Source: Octopus sinensis (lineage: Eukaryota). Taken from it: a stretch of DNA of 64,000 nt. The stretch is taken from positions 164,548,001 through 164,612,000 of the forward strand of contig NC_042998.1 in assembly GCF_006345805.1 (NCBI RefSeq), given 5' to 3'. Each line of letters opens with the position of its first letter. Positions within the stretch are counted from its first letter, which is position 1. Positions 50,052 through 63,972 of this stretch are shown piece after piece. The notes under the pieces are model-generated. The model had not been told where the DNA came from. It made no database searches and saw only the letters and a list, made by a program, of their open reading frames with translations. The position numbers were made by a program, and so were the translations under genes.

Positions 50052-51670
50052 TAAATATTAATACCTATTGAGGACTAGTTACAAAATTATTTCATTTTAA
50101 ACAGGAGCTACTTTTAAAATCTTCCAGTCACCGAGTAGGTAATGAACGGAATGTTATTCCACGTTACTCATGTCTCCTCAGTTGAACATGAATTGTGTCT
50201 ACCGTAGAAAGGAACGGACAGACCATTAGCCTAAATCTTGAAAATGATTGATGTCATCGTCCCTTGATGCTACGGTACCTTACGGAATAACGATGTGATC
50301 CGAACGGATTCAGTACAAACATAAGTAATAATTTTCTGTATTACAGACACAAGGCATAAAAGTTTATGGGAGGAGGCTAGTCGGTTACATCAACCTCAGT
50401 GCTCGACTCGTACTTATTTCATTGACTCCGAAAGGGTGAAAGACAAAGTCGGCCTTGGCGGAATAATATAATAAAACAAGCGAAAAAACAAGTTTACATA
50501 CATAAGGAAAAAAATTATAAGCTTCATTGATAAATTGTTGGGAAGAAAGAGAAAGAAGACAACACCGAAACCCAATTTAATCTAAGATTGAATTGCGATA
50601 TGTTTCAATCTTATTAGATCTCAACAGGGCAACATTGATACTTGTATTTGTCAGGTACTACGTGACTTAGAGATTATAAAGATTTTAAATAGAGCTCAGT
50701 TAGTCTTACACCCTAGTTAATGCGAAATGTAGTTAATTAGCATTAGAATATTTAATGCAGAAAACATACTATCTTGAGGTTTGCATACGGCCAAATCAAA
50801 TTTCAACGACTCACAAGGCATGTTAGACTCTCGTTTGAGGAGAACTTGAATTCCTTGTTGAAACAACACTTTATACCGTGTGTCACTTCGAGTGAAAATG
50901 TGATTTGCTGAACAGGTGAACGTTTGCGTTTTGACGTGACAGCACAATGAAATGTCAAGTATTTGCAGGAACTTTGCATACATTTTCTGAGCTGTTGTTG
51001 TCGTTTTCAGTCGTGGTGGCGATGGTGATGGTAGTGGTAGCAATGGTAGTTGTGTTAGTAGTAATGCTACTGTAATTGTTGTGTTGTTTTATTTAGTTTT
51101 AAGCATATTTGATTTTTATTTTATTTTTGTTTCATTATCGTTTCGTACATTTTCCTATGTGAAAGCAAACCTAGATTTCACTTGTCAGTGCGATCTTTTG
51201 TAAGAAAGTGGCATCTAACTTCATAGTTTGAGACAGATTTTAGCTGTTATTTCTAGCAGGTCGAGTAGCCATGCTAAGGTTCCCTCTTTGGCTGGTTTCA
51301 ATCTATGGGAAAATAGTGGCTTCAAGTTTTGGCACGAGACCAGCAAATGCTTGAAGTGGGATGGAACAAATCAATGACATCGACAGCCTGTTCTCGACTG
51401 GTATTTATCTTATCGACCCCAAAAGGATGAAAGACGAAGTCTGCTTCACTGGAAGAAATGCCTCTAAACATTTTGTCCGGTACCGTGACGATTCTGCCGA
51501 CTCACCGCCCTAATCTATATGAAAAATAATGCTTTCATGCGTGTTTTTGTATGTATTTGTTATATATGTACCACTTACTACTAAGTCGATAGAATTATCA
51601 TACTGATTTCAAATTTTATCACAAGGCCTGCAGTTTTGGGGAAGGTGACTAATCGATTACATCGACCCCA

Positions 51671-51904
51671 GAGGGCGGTGAGCTGGCAGAATCGTTAGCA
51701 GGCCGGGCGAAATGCGTAGCCGTATTTCGTCTGCCGTTACGTTCTGGGTTCAAATTCCGCCGAGGTCGACTTTGCCTTTCATCCTTTCGAGGTCGATAAA
51801 TTAAGTACCAGTTACGCACTGGGGTCGATGTAATCGACTTAATCCCTTTGTCTGTCCTTGTTTCTTCCCTCTATGTTTAGCCCTTTGTGGGTAGTAAAGA
51901 AATA
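51671..51904 (+). mobile_element. Group A SINE (tail B) inserted into an oppositely oriented group A copy
   Basis: 12-bp TSD TACATCGACCCC (51658-51669, 51905-51916). Host halves at about 51605-51670 and 51905-52020. Confidence 0.85.
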
Positions 51905-54900
51905 TACATCGACCCCTGTGTTCAACTGGCACTTGTTTTATCTACCTGGAAAGGATGAAAGGCAAAGTCGGCCTCAGCGGAATTTGAACTCGGAGCGTAA
52001 ACACGGACGAAATGCCGCTTTCATAAATCATTTTCTGAGATGTGTGTGTGTGTGTATTCGAATATTTTATAATAAAAACATAATAACAAATATAGACAAA
52101 TAAAGAAAAGAAAATCTAGTTTAGCCCCATCTTTATCAACAACAGTTCGTCCTCCACCACAGGTTAACAAGCGATGGTGAATTGTTAATGTCATCTTAAC
52201 TTAGCGGTTTGGTAAAAGAAACCGATCGAATAAGTAATGAGCTTCATATAATTACTGGGCCGATTTCTTCGATTAAATCTATATGGCGATGCAACAACAT
52301 GGCCGCAGTCCAATAACAGAAACGAGTAAAAGAACACACACACACACACACACATAGATATGCATGTATTACTTTTTATTCCCATATTTTATGAAAACTT
52401 AATATTCGTAGAAGAGGATTTTCACAAAAGGCAGTATCATATAACAAAAGATGTATATTAGATTTATACAGATATATAATCACTCCACATCACTCGTTGC
52501 ATTAAGATAATATTTACATATAACTTAGAGGTGTTACCAAACAACTATCACCGCCCACAAGAGCATTGTTTGAAATCTTTCATCAGAAGACCGAGCTACC
52601 AGAGAAGTGGATTGATCTCCCCTACCCTACCTCTCCCCGCTCCTTCTCTTAAATCCTTTTTTATTCTCTACTATGTTGAGCATTTTCCAGTTGTTTGCTT
52701 AGTATCTTAATAGTGCGAAATTCTTCACTGTCGTAGAGGACGGAATAAAGATTTCTATTAGTTTACTTTCACTTGGAATTCCTAAAATGCTGACTGAGTC
52801 ATAAAATACAATTGTAGCTCAAACGCACTTCACATAATGGCATCCTGTAAAAATGTTATTTTTATGTATCCGAATTCTTAAGAAGTTCTCTCTGTCTACA
52901 TAAATCATTTTCTGAAGTGAGTTATATCTATTCCCGCTGATAAACAATAGCATTGACAAGTCATTTTTTCTCTCTCTCTCTATTGCTTGCTGTTGTTGAT
53001 AAAGATGGTGCTAAACTAGATTTTCTTTTCTTTATTTGTCTATATTTGTTATTATGTTTTTATTATAAATTGTACACAATGTTATTTCGAGGAGGATCTC
53101 CGGAATAGCAAAATGTTCTTACATTCCTTAATTCTAACAATAAAATTTTGTTTTTCCTTTTTATAGCTCCCCAGTTTCATAATTTCTGTCCAACGATTAA
53201 TTTGTTATTTATATTGTCCGTTTAAGTAATTTGTATAACGGTGATGAACTAAAACAATATCTATCGCTGAAAACTCAGAGAAACTTTAAGAAAAGAATAT
53301 TAGAAATATATTTTCTAAGAACATTGAAGTAAATTACAGAACGAGTAGTTAAACATATGCTTCTGGGTTCAGTTCCCCTATGGAGCGTGTTTGGTGTCTA
53401 CTACCAGAGTCTGAAGTCAACCTAAGCCTTGTACTTAGGTAGTAAATACAACTTATCATTTAGTTTAGCTCCAACATCTAGCAGCTCAGACGTCGGCTCG
53501 TAAATAATGGTTCACTCAATAACTCCGTAATGAAGGTTGTCGATTTTCATGACTTAATTTCTGGAACTCCAATACAGGAAAGGAAGAGAGGAAGGAACTG
53601 GAAACCTGCTCCAGTGGACTCTGCAAAAAGTATCCCATTATTTGGTGGAGGTGTTAAAACGGGCTTGGATTAAGTTTACCCCTCAAGAGCAGGCAGAGTC
53701 CAACTAATAGTCCTCTACTTGGTTTCCGTTCAACTCAATCTCACTCACAAATGTTTGAGTTTAGCCGATATGGTAGAAAACACTTACTCATGATTGCATC
53801 ACACTGGGATCGAACGTGGAACTACACGAGTGCGAAGCGACCTTCTTAATGACATCACAATGTCTGTGCCCTTGTTAGCTAGAAAGTGAAGTTGAAAGGA
53901 ACAATGAACTTCAGCATCCAAAAAAACGTACCAACTTTATGCTGTAACTCTAAATACTTAGTATGGCGTATTCGCATGTCTTAAAATTACAAGGAGAAGA
54001 AAACGAAGAAAATGAAGTAAACGAAGAATTATAAGAAGAAGAACGGAACTATGCATACTTTGACGCACACACACCTAATAAACAGTGTTCCTTACAAGAT
54101 ATTTCTTATCTAACTTGAAACACATCTCTCATTTCTCTTATCGAAGTTTCCTCTCTTTCTCTCTCTCTCTGTTTATCCGTTTTTACCCCTCCTTCAGTAT
54201 ATCTCTATTTCTCTGTTTCTCTTTCTGACACTCCCACCAAGTCCCGCCTTTCTACACTCCTCCACCCCTGTTCTTATTTCCATCTGGTTCCGTAAGTGCT
54301 TGGCCGCAGCTGAAGATGGCCAGGAGATGGAGAGTTGGTGAGTTTGAGAGAGAGAGATAGAGAAGGGAGGGAAGGAGGGAGAGAGAGGAGAACTAACAGG
54401 CGCCAAATGTGTAATCAAGCATAACACAGATGTAGAAACGTACAGATATACACTAAAATAACATAAATTCCTATAGTTTGCTATCATTTCTAGTTATCCC
54501 CTCTCACTCACCCAACAACCGCGTTTAAACACCCTCCCCCTATGTCATCACCAGCTTTTAAAATTTATTTTGAAAACAAAAAATCGTGTTTCTCTCTTAT
54601 TTTCTCCTTTGCACCAGAATAAAGTTTAAAAGGGCAAATTTAGCACGTTTAACCCTTGACAATATATCACTCTCTATTTATCTGTCTCCATCCCTCTCAC
54701 CCAATATCTATCTATCTAAATACAAACACGCACATACACATAAACACACACACACACACACACCACACACACACACACACACATACATAAACTCTCGGTA
54801 ATAAAACAAATACGTACTCCACAGGATACATCAAAATTAGTCATTGCAAGGTATTTTTCGCCTAAATTTCTCCCCAAATAGTCACACACACATACAGGCA

Positions 54901-55064
54901 CTTACATATGTGCATATGTGTGTATATGTGTGTATTTATATATTATATCATGTATGTGTGTGTTGTGCGCGCGCGCGCGTGTATGTACATGTGTAATGAC
55001 GTGTGTATATATATGTATATGCATATTATATTTATACATATGCGCACGTCTGAATGTATGCATG

Positions 55065-55163
<99 letters not shown>

Positions 55164-55587
55164 CACATATGGAAATAGAGACGAAGACTGAGAATATTCA
55201 GACAATGAACATTCGTGTATAAATATATAGATATTTATATATTAATGGAGCAGGCTTACACAGAGTACAAAAACACAAAAAAGTAAGGGGAGAAGGTATG
55301 GTATTACATGTCCGACAGCTGTTTCTGGGGCCTCGAGATTACGTAATAATACTGGAGATGTAATTCGCATAAAGATACTAGTCTCTCCACTCTGAAGATG
55401 GAGGCCGGATTTACTGTAATGTTTATATGCATTCACTATATTCTGTATATTGTTGACTTTGCGCAGAAATCCAAGCTGAACTTCAAACTTATTCAACTTA
55501 TAAATTTGCAAGTGCATGCTATGGTCACGAGCACTACCACCATTTCTAAATTTTTTCCATATCAGACGTATAGCAACTATCTCAATA

Positions 55588-55790
55588 TGATTGGGTGCTG
55601 AGAAGTTCTTGGTATTGGGTAAAAGAAAATACAGGAGGATTTTATTCATCATATTCTCCTCTCATATTCACGCACTTATTGCAGCAGTCCTTCAGTTTTT
55701 CTTAACCCTGTAAAAGAACTCGGAAGGCTGTGACTCCAGCCAAGCCTTTTGCAATAACCTTAAAGCCAGGAACTTTTCAGTACCCCCTCG
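55588..55790. mobile_element. Mariner-derived MITE (~210 bp)
   Basis: TIR consensus CGAGGGGGTGCTGAAAAGTTCCTGG, TA flanks. Same family as 55862-56079 and 63120-63346. Confidence 0.75.
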
Positions 55791-55861
55791 TACACGTGTT
55801 TCTCCCAAATAAGTACCTTAGAGCCTTTTGATATAGTAGTTTTGCACATATAATCGATTTA

Positions 55862-56079
55862 CGAGGGGGCGGGCTAAAAAGTTCTTTGATTTGAGTAAAA
55901 GAAAATTCTATAGGATCAATAATTATGATCTTATTCAACATATTGCCCTCTTAGGTTCACACATCTACTGCAGCGGTCCTTCAAGTTTTCTAAGTCCTTA
56001 AAAAGAACTCAGAAAGTTGGGCCTCCAGCCTGGCCTTTCACGACACCCTTAAGGCCAGAAACTCTTCAGCACCCCATCG
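55862..56079. mobile_element. Mariner-derived MITE (~210 bp)
   Basis: TA^CGAGGGGGCGGGCTAAAAAGTTC ... GAAACTCTTCAGCACCCCATCG^TA. Confidence 0.8.
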
Positions 56080-56816
56080 TATATGTTGCTATACCCCAAG
56101 AACAGCCCTGATCGAACAGCCCTATGATGAACAATATTTTAGTACTTGTGATAACTGTCTCCTTTGTAATTTTCTTCAAATCCCGCTTATTGAAATTGTT
56201 GATATGGGATATAAAAAGCTCGTGTTGATCTCCGGCGAATGAAGCAGCTTCAAGGCAGTTATCAACATTTATACCGTGTAACTCAGTAGATATTTGAGCC
56301 TCATCGGAACCAAGTGGTTCAGCAAGAAATTGCACTCTTTCTCGGAATACGAGAGACTTCCACCATGCCTAATACTATACACACTGCGGCATGCATGCAA
56401 CAATATCTAAAAGTATTTTAGTTACAAATTACTGTTTGGCGTGTCTGGGGTGTATTACTTTTGTATATACTGTACATGATACGGCATATACTGCGGAACA
56501 TGTGCGGTTCTTGCAGTCAGTACACTAATGCACTATTATATCTCACTTTAATTAATATTGGATTTCTCTGTGATATCTAGATATCCCGTGATATAATTTG
56601 CAGCATATAGTCCATATTTCAGGTTCATTTTTCTTGTTTATATAGTTAACATAAAGTCATAGCCCCGACAATTGTTGAGTCTTTGTGAACTTTCATTGAT
56701 TAAATACCTCGATTACACGATTTGAAATAATGATTCAGTTTACTTTCGTGTAGATTTATCTACTATACACAAATATATGCATACAAAACATATTCATGAA
56801 CATACACACAAAATTG

Positions 56817-56864
<48 letters not shown>

Positions 56865-56965
56865 TATGTGTGTGTGAATGTATGTATTTATATATTAGAT
56901 ATGTATTTACGTATGCAAGTATAGATGTATACATATATTGTATATGTATATATCATACAGATTTA

Positions 56966-57001
<36 letters not shown>

Positions 57002-57164
57002 TGTATGTATGTATGTATGTATAAACATATATATATGTATATTGTATATGTATGTATGTTTGTATGTATATACATATATGTATATATATATGTATATATA
57101 CATTATATATATATATGTGTATATATATACATATATATATATAATTTTAATCCAAACGGAAAAA

Positions 57165-57380
57165 CAAAAAAACAACAACAATGGAACAATTACAGTATTA
57201 TTATTAATAGGCGCTCAGGAAATGGAAGCAGGAGGGTATGACGTTTCGAGCGGAGCTCTTCGTCGGAAACATAAAGAAGGAAGAGAGAGGAAAGAAAGAT
57301 CCCAAAGCGGGCAACAGGGATAGAGAAAAAAAAAAAACGACTGATGTTTACGAGTTACACATGGTGAAAGGCGGAAGGTT
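57165..57380 (-). mobile_element. Probable Penelope-associated non-autonomous repeat carrying a hammerhead-like motif (57240-57266)
   Basis: Minus strand CCGACGA-A-GAGC-TCC-GCTC-GAAACGTC. Related degenerate motifs at 14049-14073 (minus) and 26461-26487 (plus). Confidence 0.45.
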
Positions 57381-57387
57381 ATATATA

Positions 57388-57423
<36 letters not shown>

Positions 57424-58122
57424 TGTATGTATGTATGTATGTATGTATGTATGTATGTATCACCATAGTCATATGCACCAGCAACTCTTTGTTCTGCAGT
57501 TTAAAATTTGCTCAGTTTATTCGAGTCATGTTTTTCTCAGACGCCGATTTGTCTTGCATGATTCAGTAGCATGGCGAATTTTAAAAAACATAAACTATGA
57601 AAGTATTATATATTTATATGCAATTAATTATATTATATGTGTGCGTGTGTATGTGTGTGAGTATATGTGTGCGTGTATGTGTAATTAGTTTATACATTCT
57701 GAATGAAAAGCAAAATAATAAATTCATCTCCTAAAATAGTACATTTATCTGCTAAAACATTATTTCACAATATTTAAATAGCGAAAATATAATGGTTGGT
57801 GTGTGATAGATTTAGATTGGCGGAATTGGTAAATTGTCGATTGAAATCTTGGCTTGTCAGATAAATTTGTTCGTTTTTTCTGCTTGACAGTTAATTCTCA
57901 TATGTCTGAAAAGAAGAACAATTTGAAGTTTCCCAAACGATAAAGAAATATTGGAGAGGAAGAATAGAGCTAGAAAGTAATAAAATAAAATAAAACACTA
58001 TGATAAAAATATTTTTCATGTTAATTCAAATAACATTGGAAAAATTTTTTAATGCGAAAGGAACGAAAGAATTTATCTGACAAGCCAAATTTTCCATTGT
58101 TTAGGTATGTCTATCTACACTG

Positions 58123-58370
58123 TGGAGGCGCGTGGCTCAGTGGATAGGGTGTCAGCATCATGATCGTAAGATTGTGGTTTCGATTCCTGGACCGGGCGAC
58201 GCGTTGTGTTATTGAGCAAAACACTTCATTTCACGTTGCTCCAGTCGGCTCAGCTAGCAAAAATGAGTAACGCTGCGATGGACTGGCGTCCCGTCTAGCT
58301 GGGGAACACATACGCTATAGAAACCGGGAAACCGGGCCAATGAGCCTGGCTAGGCTTTAAAAGGACGCAT
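58123..58370 (+). mobile_element. Group C SINE (related copy 61555-61835)
   Basis: Head GTGGAGGCGCGTGGCTCAGTGG...GGTTTCGATTCC and tail GAGTAACGCTGCGATGGACTGGCGTCCCGTC.AGCTGGGG shared with 61555-61835. Confidence 0.8.
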
Positions 58371-59161
58371 TTATTATTTTTAGTATTATCTACATTAAAA
58401 TGGGAGGAAACTCAACGCTGATTTTTAACCTTTCGATTTCGAATAACTACCAGTCGACTGAATCGACGAGAAGTTATTTCATAAAGAGAATTTTTTGTGG
58501 CTGTGTGGTAAGAAGTATGCTTCCCAACCATATAGTTTTGGGTTCAGTCCCACTGCGCGGCACGTTAATCAAGTGTCTTCTACTATAGCTCTGGAACGAA
58601 CAAAAGTTTGTGAACGGATTAAGTATGCTTTCCGCAGCTAAGGATATTAAAATTTTTGAGGGATATATCTGATTTCTGCAGTAAAAGCATCGTCAAATGA
58701 CATTTTCTTCTTTAAATTTCAGTCACTGCTGTACTTCATATATAAAAAAACAGACAGCTTAAACGCGCAAATGACCTTTTGTAAGATCTGTAATGCGCTG
58801 GTTCTTAAGATGGCTGCCTTTACAAACTGCAAGAAGTAATCTCTTTCAAGCATGAACTTCAGAATTATGAAGAAGAGACACCAGCTATACACTGTAGTCA
58901 CAAGTCATAGTAGTGGACTAAGCAATACCGTAACTTTAAACGAGATAATGAAATAAAGAACTTAAACAATTGTAAGTAGCTTATTTACAGCAATCTTAAA
59001 AAGCTAATACAGTTTTAAACCTCTGAACTGATTTGCCTGTATTAGCTTCTTATGATTACAGTAAATAATGTTTACACTGTCCGCAAATGTGTGCTTCTGA
59101 TCTCGTAAATTTCGTATATCATAAAATAGCGCTAAGACAGATGTTTGTAAAGTGAAATATA

Positions 59162-60329
59162 TTAAGTCGTCAAGTATGACATTTGTAGAAAAGAAAAAAA
59201 GTTTGCTAATGTTTTATAAATACACGGATTTATTCCTTAAAGTATGCACCCATATTGTCAATACACTTTTCCCATTTCAGCGGTAGCTTGTCCAGACCAG
59301 AACTAAAAGCCTGGCAATCTAGAGTCAATAAAATCTTGGAAGGCCTAATTTTTTCGTATCAAAACGTTATCTAAATTCTGAAAGAAGTGGTAGTCACTTG
59401 GGGCAAGATCAGGTGAGTATGGTGGATGATGGAGAACTTCCAACTCCAAGTCCTGAAGTTTCGCCAATGTAATTTTTGCGATGTGTGGTCTGGCATTGTC
59501 TTGCAATAAAATAGGAGTGGATCTGTTAACTAACCTAGACTGTTCTTTTTTGTATGTTTCTGCATCATTTAGTCCAGTTGGCTGCAATATACTTCGGCCG
59601 TGATTGATGACCCAGGTTTAATGAAATCATAATGGATCACACTTGCGCCAGACCACCAAACGCACACCATCAGCTTCTTTTGATGAATTTTGCTTTTCCG
59701 ACTGTATTTTGGTGGCTCGTCTTTGTCCAACCATTGTGCTGAACGTTTACAGTTGTTGTATTGGACCCATCTCTCTGATTTTCATTGAGTTCATGTGGAA
59801 CCCATTTATCCAACTTTTTCACTTTACCGATTTGAACTAGGTGAATCAATATTGTTTGCTTGTTAACACCAAACAACAATAATTCACGGGCACTTTGAGA
59901 TGGATCTGACTCGACGGTGGCTTTCAGCTTGTCATTATCCCCCTTTGTTTCTGGTTGACCGCGTTGCTCATTTGTGAGGTCAAAGTTACCAGAACGAAAC
60001 TTTGCAAACCATTTTGATACTGTCTGCTGTGTAATAACGATAGAATGTAATACTCCATTAATATTCCGAGCTGTCTGTGATGCTATATTTCCAAGAAAGA
60101 ACTCATATTTCAAATCTGTACGAATTTCCGACTTATCTATCTCTAAACAGAAATAGCAAAAAATGATTTATAAATACTTTACAAGGTACAAAAGGATTTA
60201 GAATAAAGAAATAGATGTATCCGCTTTCTTACAAAAATAAAGATTGTCAAAATATAATAATGACGCAAAATGAGCAGCTGTCAAAGTTTACCATATACCT
60301 TACTACAAATTCCATACTTGACGACCTAA
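59162..60329 (-). mobile_element. TIR-bounded inactivated mariner (DD34D, Hsmar1/cecropia-like)
   Basis: TIRs TTAAGTCGTCAAGTATGACATTTGTAG vs reverse complement TTAGGTCGTCAAGTATGGAATTTGTAG. TA TSD at 59160-59161 and 60330-60331. Motifs WFAKFRSGNFDL, WVPHEL, LLQDNARPH and HPPYSPDLAPSDYHFF. The central catalytic region is deleted. Confidence 0.9.
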
Positions 60330-60349
60330 TACTTAAAAAAACAATTACC

Positions 60350-60790
60350 TTTTACCAGTTTCAGACGTTGGACTGCGACCATGCTGAGTCACCGCTTGAA
60401 GAGTTTTTAGTCGAACAAAATGCCATCCCCAGCACTTATTTTAAGCCTGGTATTTATTCTCTCAATTTCTTTTGCCGAACCACTATGTTACAGGGACGTA
60501 AAGTAACCAATGCCAGTTATCAGGTGTGGGTAAACAATCATAAAGAAACAGGCACACCCACACACGTACACACATACGAACATATGCATGTATATATGTA
60601 TATACGTGTATGTATGTATATGACGGAATTCCACACAGTTTCCTTGTACCAAATTCGCTGACAAGGTATTAGTCGACCCTGTGCTGCAGCAGAAGATACT
60701 TTTCCAAGATGCCACGCTGTGGGCCTGAACCCGAAATAACGTGGTTGCAAAGCGAGCTTCTTAATCACATAGCCAAACCTGCGCCTATAA
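60350..60790 (-). mobile_element. Group B (CORE-like) SINE
   Basis: Reverse complement of the group B head, internal microsatellite and tail. Confidence 0.75.
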
Positions 60791-62109
60791 TACTATATAT
60801 TTCCTTTGTAACATTATCACCTGTAAAGGTAAAAACCTCCTTCGGTAATAAACGACCATGGGACTGCACCTAGAAAGCTCCCCCCACCCGAAACACAAGT
60901 CCGGGCAAAGTGGTTTATGGAAAACCAGCAGTCGCCTATGCATACCAAGCTTCCTCTTTCCATGCCACCGATGTTATCCAAGGGAATGGTAAAGGCCGAT
61001 ACAGCTTCGCACCAGTGACGTCACAACTCATTTCTTCAGCTGGGTGAACTGGAGCAATGTGAAAATAAAGTGTCTTGCTCAAGAATACAACACACAACCC
61101 GGTCCGGAATCGAACTCACAACTGCCCGACGTGAACCCGATTGTAAACCCGTCGTTCTAACCGCTGAGTCATGCCATCGCTCAGCGTATTAGAAGCAGCA
61201 TCAAATTTCTTTCAATATATACCATACCACCTTCAAAATAGAGGGATGTCGAAAAATGTAGTTTAAATCATACTACGTCTAGGTAAAAGATGTGATAGTC
61301 GCTACTGTTTTACAAAATCAAGACGTATTAGATAAAAATACTCTTAAATATAGTATGCTTCAAAAAGAAAAGACAGGCTGATTACAGCTAGACCTAAAGA
61401 AATACTAAATCGACAAGCCCTATGATCGATCAAAAACATTCTCAAAATGTACTCTGGAATGTTTATTCTCAAAAGTTAAACACACTTGCATTGCAGTTCA
61501 CTTCAGTTTCATTATCATTTGATTAGATAATTAGTCAATTAGTATATAAATATGTGGAGGCGCAATGGCCCAGTGGTTAGGGCATCGGAATCGTGGTCGG
61601 AAGATCGCGGTTTCGATTCTCAGACCGGGCATTGTGTGTGTTTATTGTGCGAAAACACCTCGAGGCTCCGACAGGGGGTAGTGGTGAACCCTTTTGTACT
61701 CTTTCGCCACAACTTTCTCTCGCTCTCTCTTCCTGTTTCTTGAGTAACGCTGCGATGGACTGGCGTCCCGTCCAGCTGGGGGGAACAGAAACCGGGAAAC
61801 CGGGCCCATGAGCCTGGCTAGGTTTGAGAAGGGCGACGGTTATCGTTATCGTTTTTAGTATATAAATGTAGTTACACACACCTTGCTTTTTACGTTTTGT
61901 TCTGTGTTGGATTCCAATTGTGATTTTTGGTCCTGTTCTCTTGTTTATTTAGATTACATGTATATGTATGGTTTTAATTGCAGCAGTGGTGTTGTGATTT
62001 AAGGAACGTTTGCGTTTACTCTTAATAGGTCGGGCAATCACCAACAGGCTTTTCTTTGGTTCGTAGAACTAGACACTTATACTTCTAGAAAATTATCCTT
62101 ACGTACATT

Positions 62110-62152
62110 GTGCGTGTATGTGTGTGTGTGCTGGTGTATGTGTGTGTGTGTT

Positions 62153-62202
<50 letters not shown>

Positions 62203-62250
62203 GTGTGTGTGTGTGTGTGTGTGTGTGCTGGTGTATGTGTGTGTGTGTTG

Positions 62251-62303
<53 letters not shown>

Positions 62304-62305
62304 AA
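62110..62305. repeat. (TG)n microsatellite with internal higher-order duplication
   Basis: Directly visible. The unit GCTGGTGTATGTGTGTGTGTGTTGG occurs twice. Confidence 0.95.
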
Positions 62306-63119
62306 AATGGTATACGATAAAAGTGTGTCTATTGTGCACGTGTGGTGATATGTTTTGTTGGACGGACGTCAAACTCCGATACTATAATAAAAGTGAAATG
62401 AAATCCAATCGCTATGCGAGTTACAGCAGCATGAACATCTCAAAGCACAACAATATCTGTTTTAATAGTTGATGTCACATCAAAAACCTCGAAAAACAAA
62501 CGCAAAAAAAACGAAATTCTAAAGCTGAACGCTACAATAGCCTTCGTTGTTCTCAAGCGCCAGGTGAAACTTGATCAAATAGACCAATGATCAAAGTAAT
62601 TTCAACTGTGCCCCATCGCCATAATTTAGAATTATATACGATTGAATTATTTAAGGTGGATTAAATTTATTCCTAAAAGGTTGAGCAATCACATACAGGC
62701 TCTTCTTTGGTTTGTAGAACTAGATACTTACTCATATCGGCAATTGTTCCTATGTTTTCGGGGCCTTGTGCTTAAGATGCTGCACTCACAATCGTGAGAT
62801 CGTAGGTTTGATTCCCTGATCAGCTTTACATTGTGTTCTTGAGCAAAACAGTTCATTTCTCGTAACGCCACTTCACTCAGCTGCTGGGCAACTTTGCGAT
62901 GGAATGGCGTACAACGGTAAGATGGTTACCCAGGAAAATAACACAAACGGAGGTCTCACGACGTACGTTTTGTATTCAGCAATCGAAATGATGAATAGTA
63001 CAACCCGTAATATGAATCCCGACTTCTTGGGATAGGTTGTTCAACCACATCGAAGGTCAACAATAACGTCCGTTAGGTTTCATATATTTTTTATTAATAA
63101 CGTTTAACTAAATTAACTT

Positions 63120-63346
63120 CGAGAATTTACTGAAAAGTTCCTGGCTTTAAGTAAAGGAATACACGGGAGAATCAGTTAATTATAATTTTATGCAACATAT
63201 GCCCTCTCAAGTTCAAACACTTATTGCAACAGTCCTTCAGTTTTTCTGAGCCCTGTGAAAGAATTCGAAATGTTGGACCTCCAGCCAGGCCTTTCGCGAT
63301 AACTTTAAATCCAGGAATTTTTCAGCACGCCCACCCCGCACCCTCG
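63120..63346. mobile_element. Mariner-derived MITE (~210 bp)
   Basis: CGAGAATTTACTGAAAAGTTCCTGGCTT ... CCAGGAATTTTTCAGCAC...CCCTCG^TA. The interior is homologous to 55588-55790. Confidence 0.75.
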
Positions 63347-63938
63347 TACAACTTTAAACTAATTTCCACACTATAACTTCTGGTAATTATATACTAAAAA
63401 AAGTACAATTAATAAATTAACCATATCCTACAATAAACGGCCACATAATTTGCACACAATGTTTTAATTCACTAAGTACAATTTATTTTTGACATGCTGA
63501 TGGATTATAGGCTAGAAGTGGATGAATTTACAAGAGTTTTTATTAACCGCCCAAATTGGATTATCGTATTAGAAAAAATATTGTGTTCTCTGCTTTCCAG
63601 TGTGATCGTAACTATTAAATCTACATTTGTGGTGTAAATCCTCGTTGGCCTGTGTTTACGGATTACAGGGCTTTTATTTGACATGTATTTATAGGAATTA
63701 CAAAGTGACTATGTTCCTAAACATATACATTTATGCATCTTCAAACAAACACGCTATGTATCTGCACATGAACCTATTCATAAGCAATAAGTTAATTATA
63801 TTTATGCACACACTGCTTATTATTAAGCAGATACTTTCCTTGGGTGTATTAATACATATAGACACATGATACGAATAAAACCTATATGCACATTATCCCT
63901 AAATATATACGTCTGAGTATGTGTATGCACATTAGCAC

Positions 63939-63972
<34 letters not shown>

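Noticed and set aside
54198-54291. Possible exon bounded by CCTTCAG and GTAAGT
   Set aside because: Low-complexity CT-rich sequence; such splice-like motifs occur often by chance.
62028-62740. Two ~70 bp similar segments flanking the (TG)n tract (about 62030-62100 and 62680-62740)
   Set aside because: Diverged and short. I cannot distinguish an old local duplication from a dispersed repeat, and see no functional signal.
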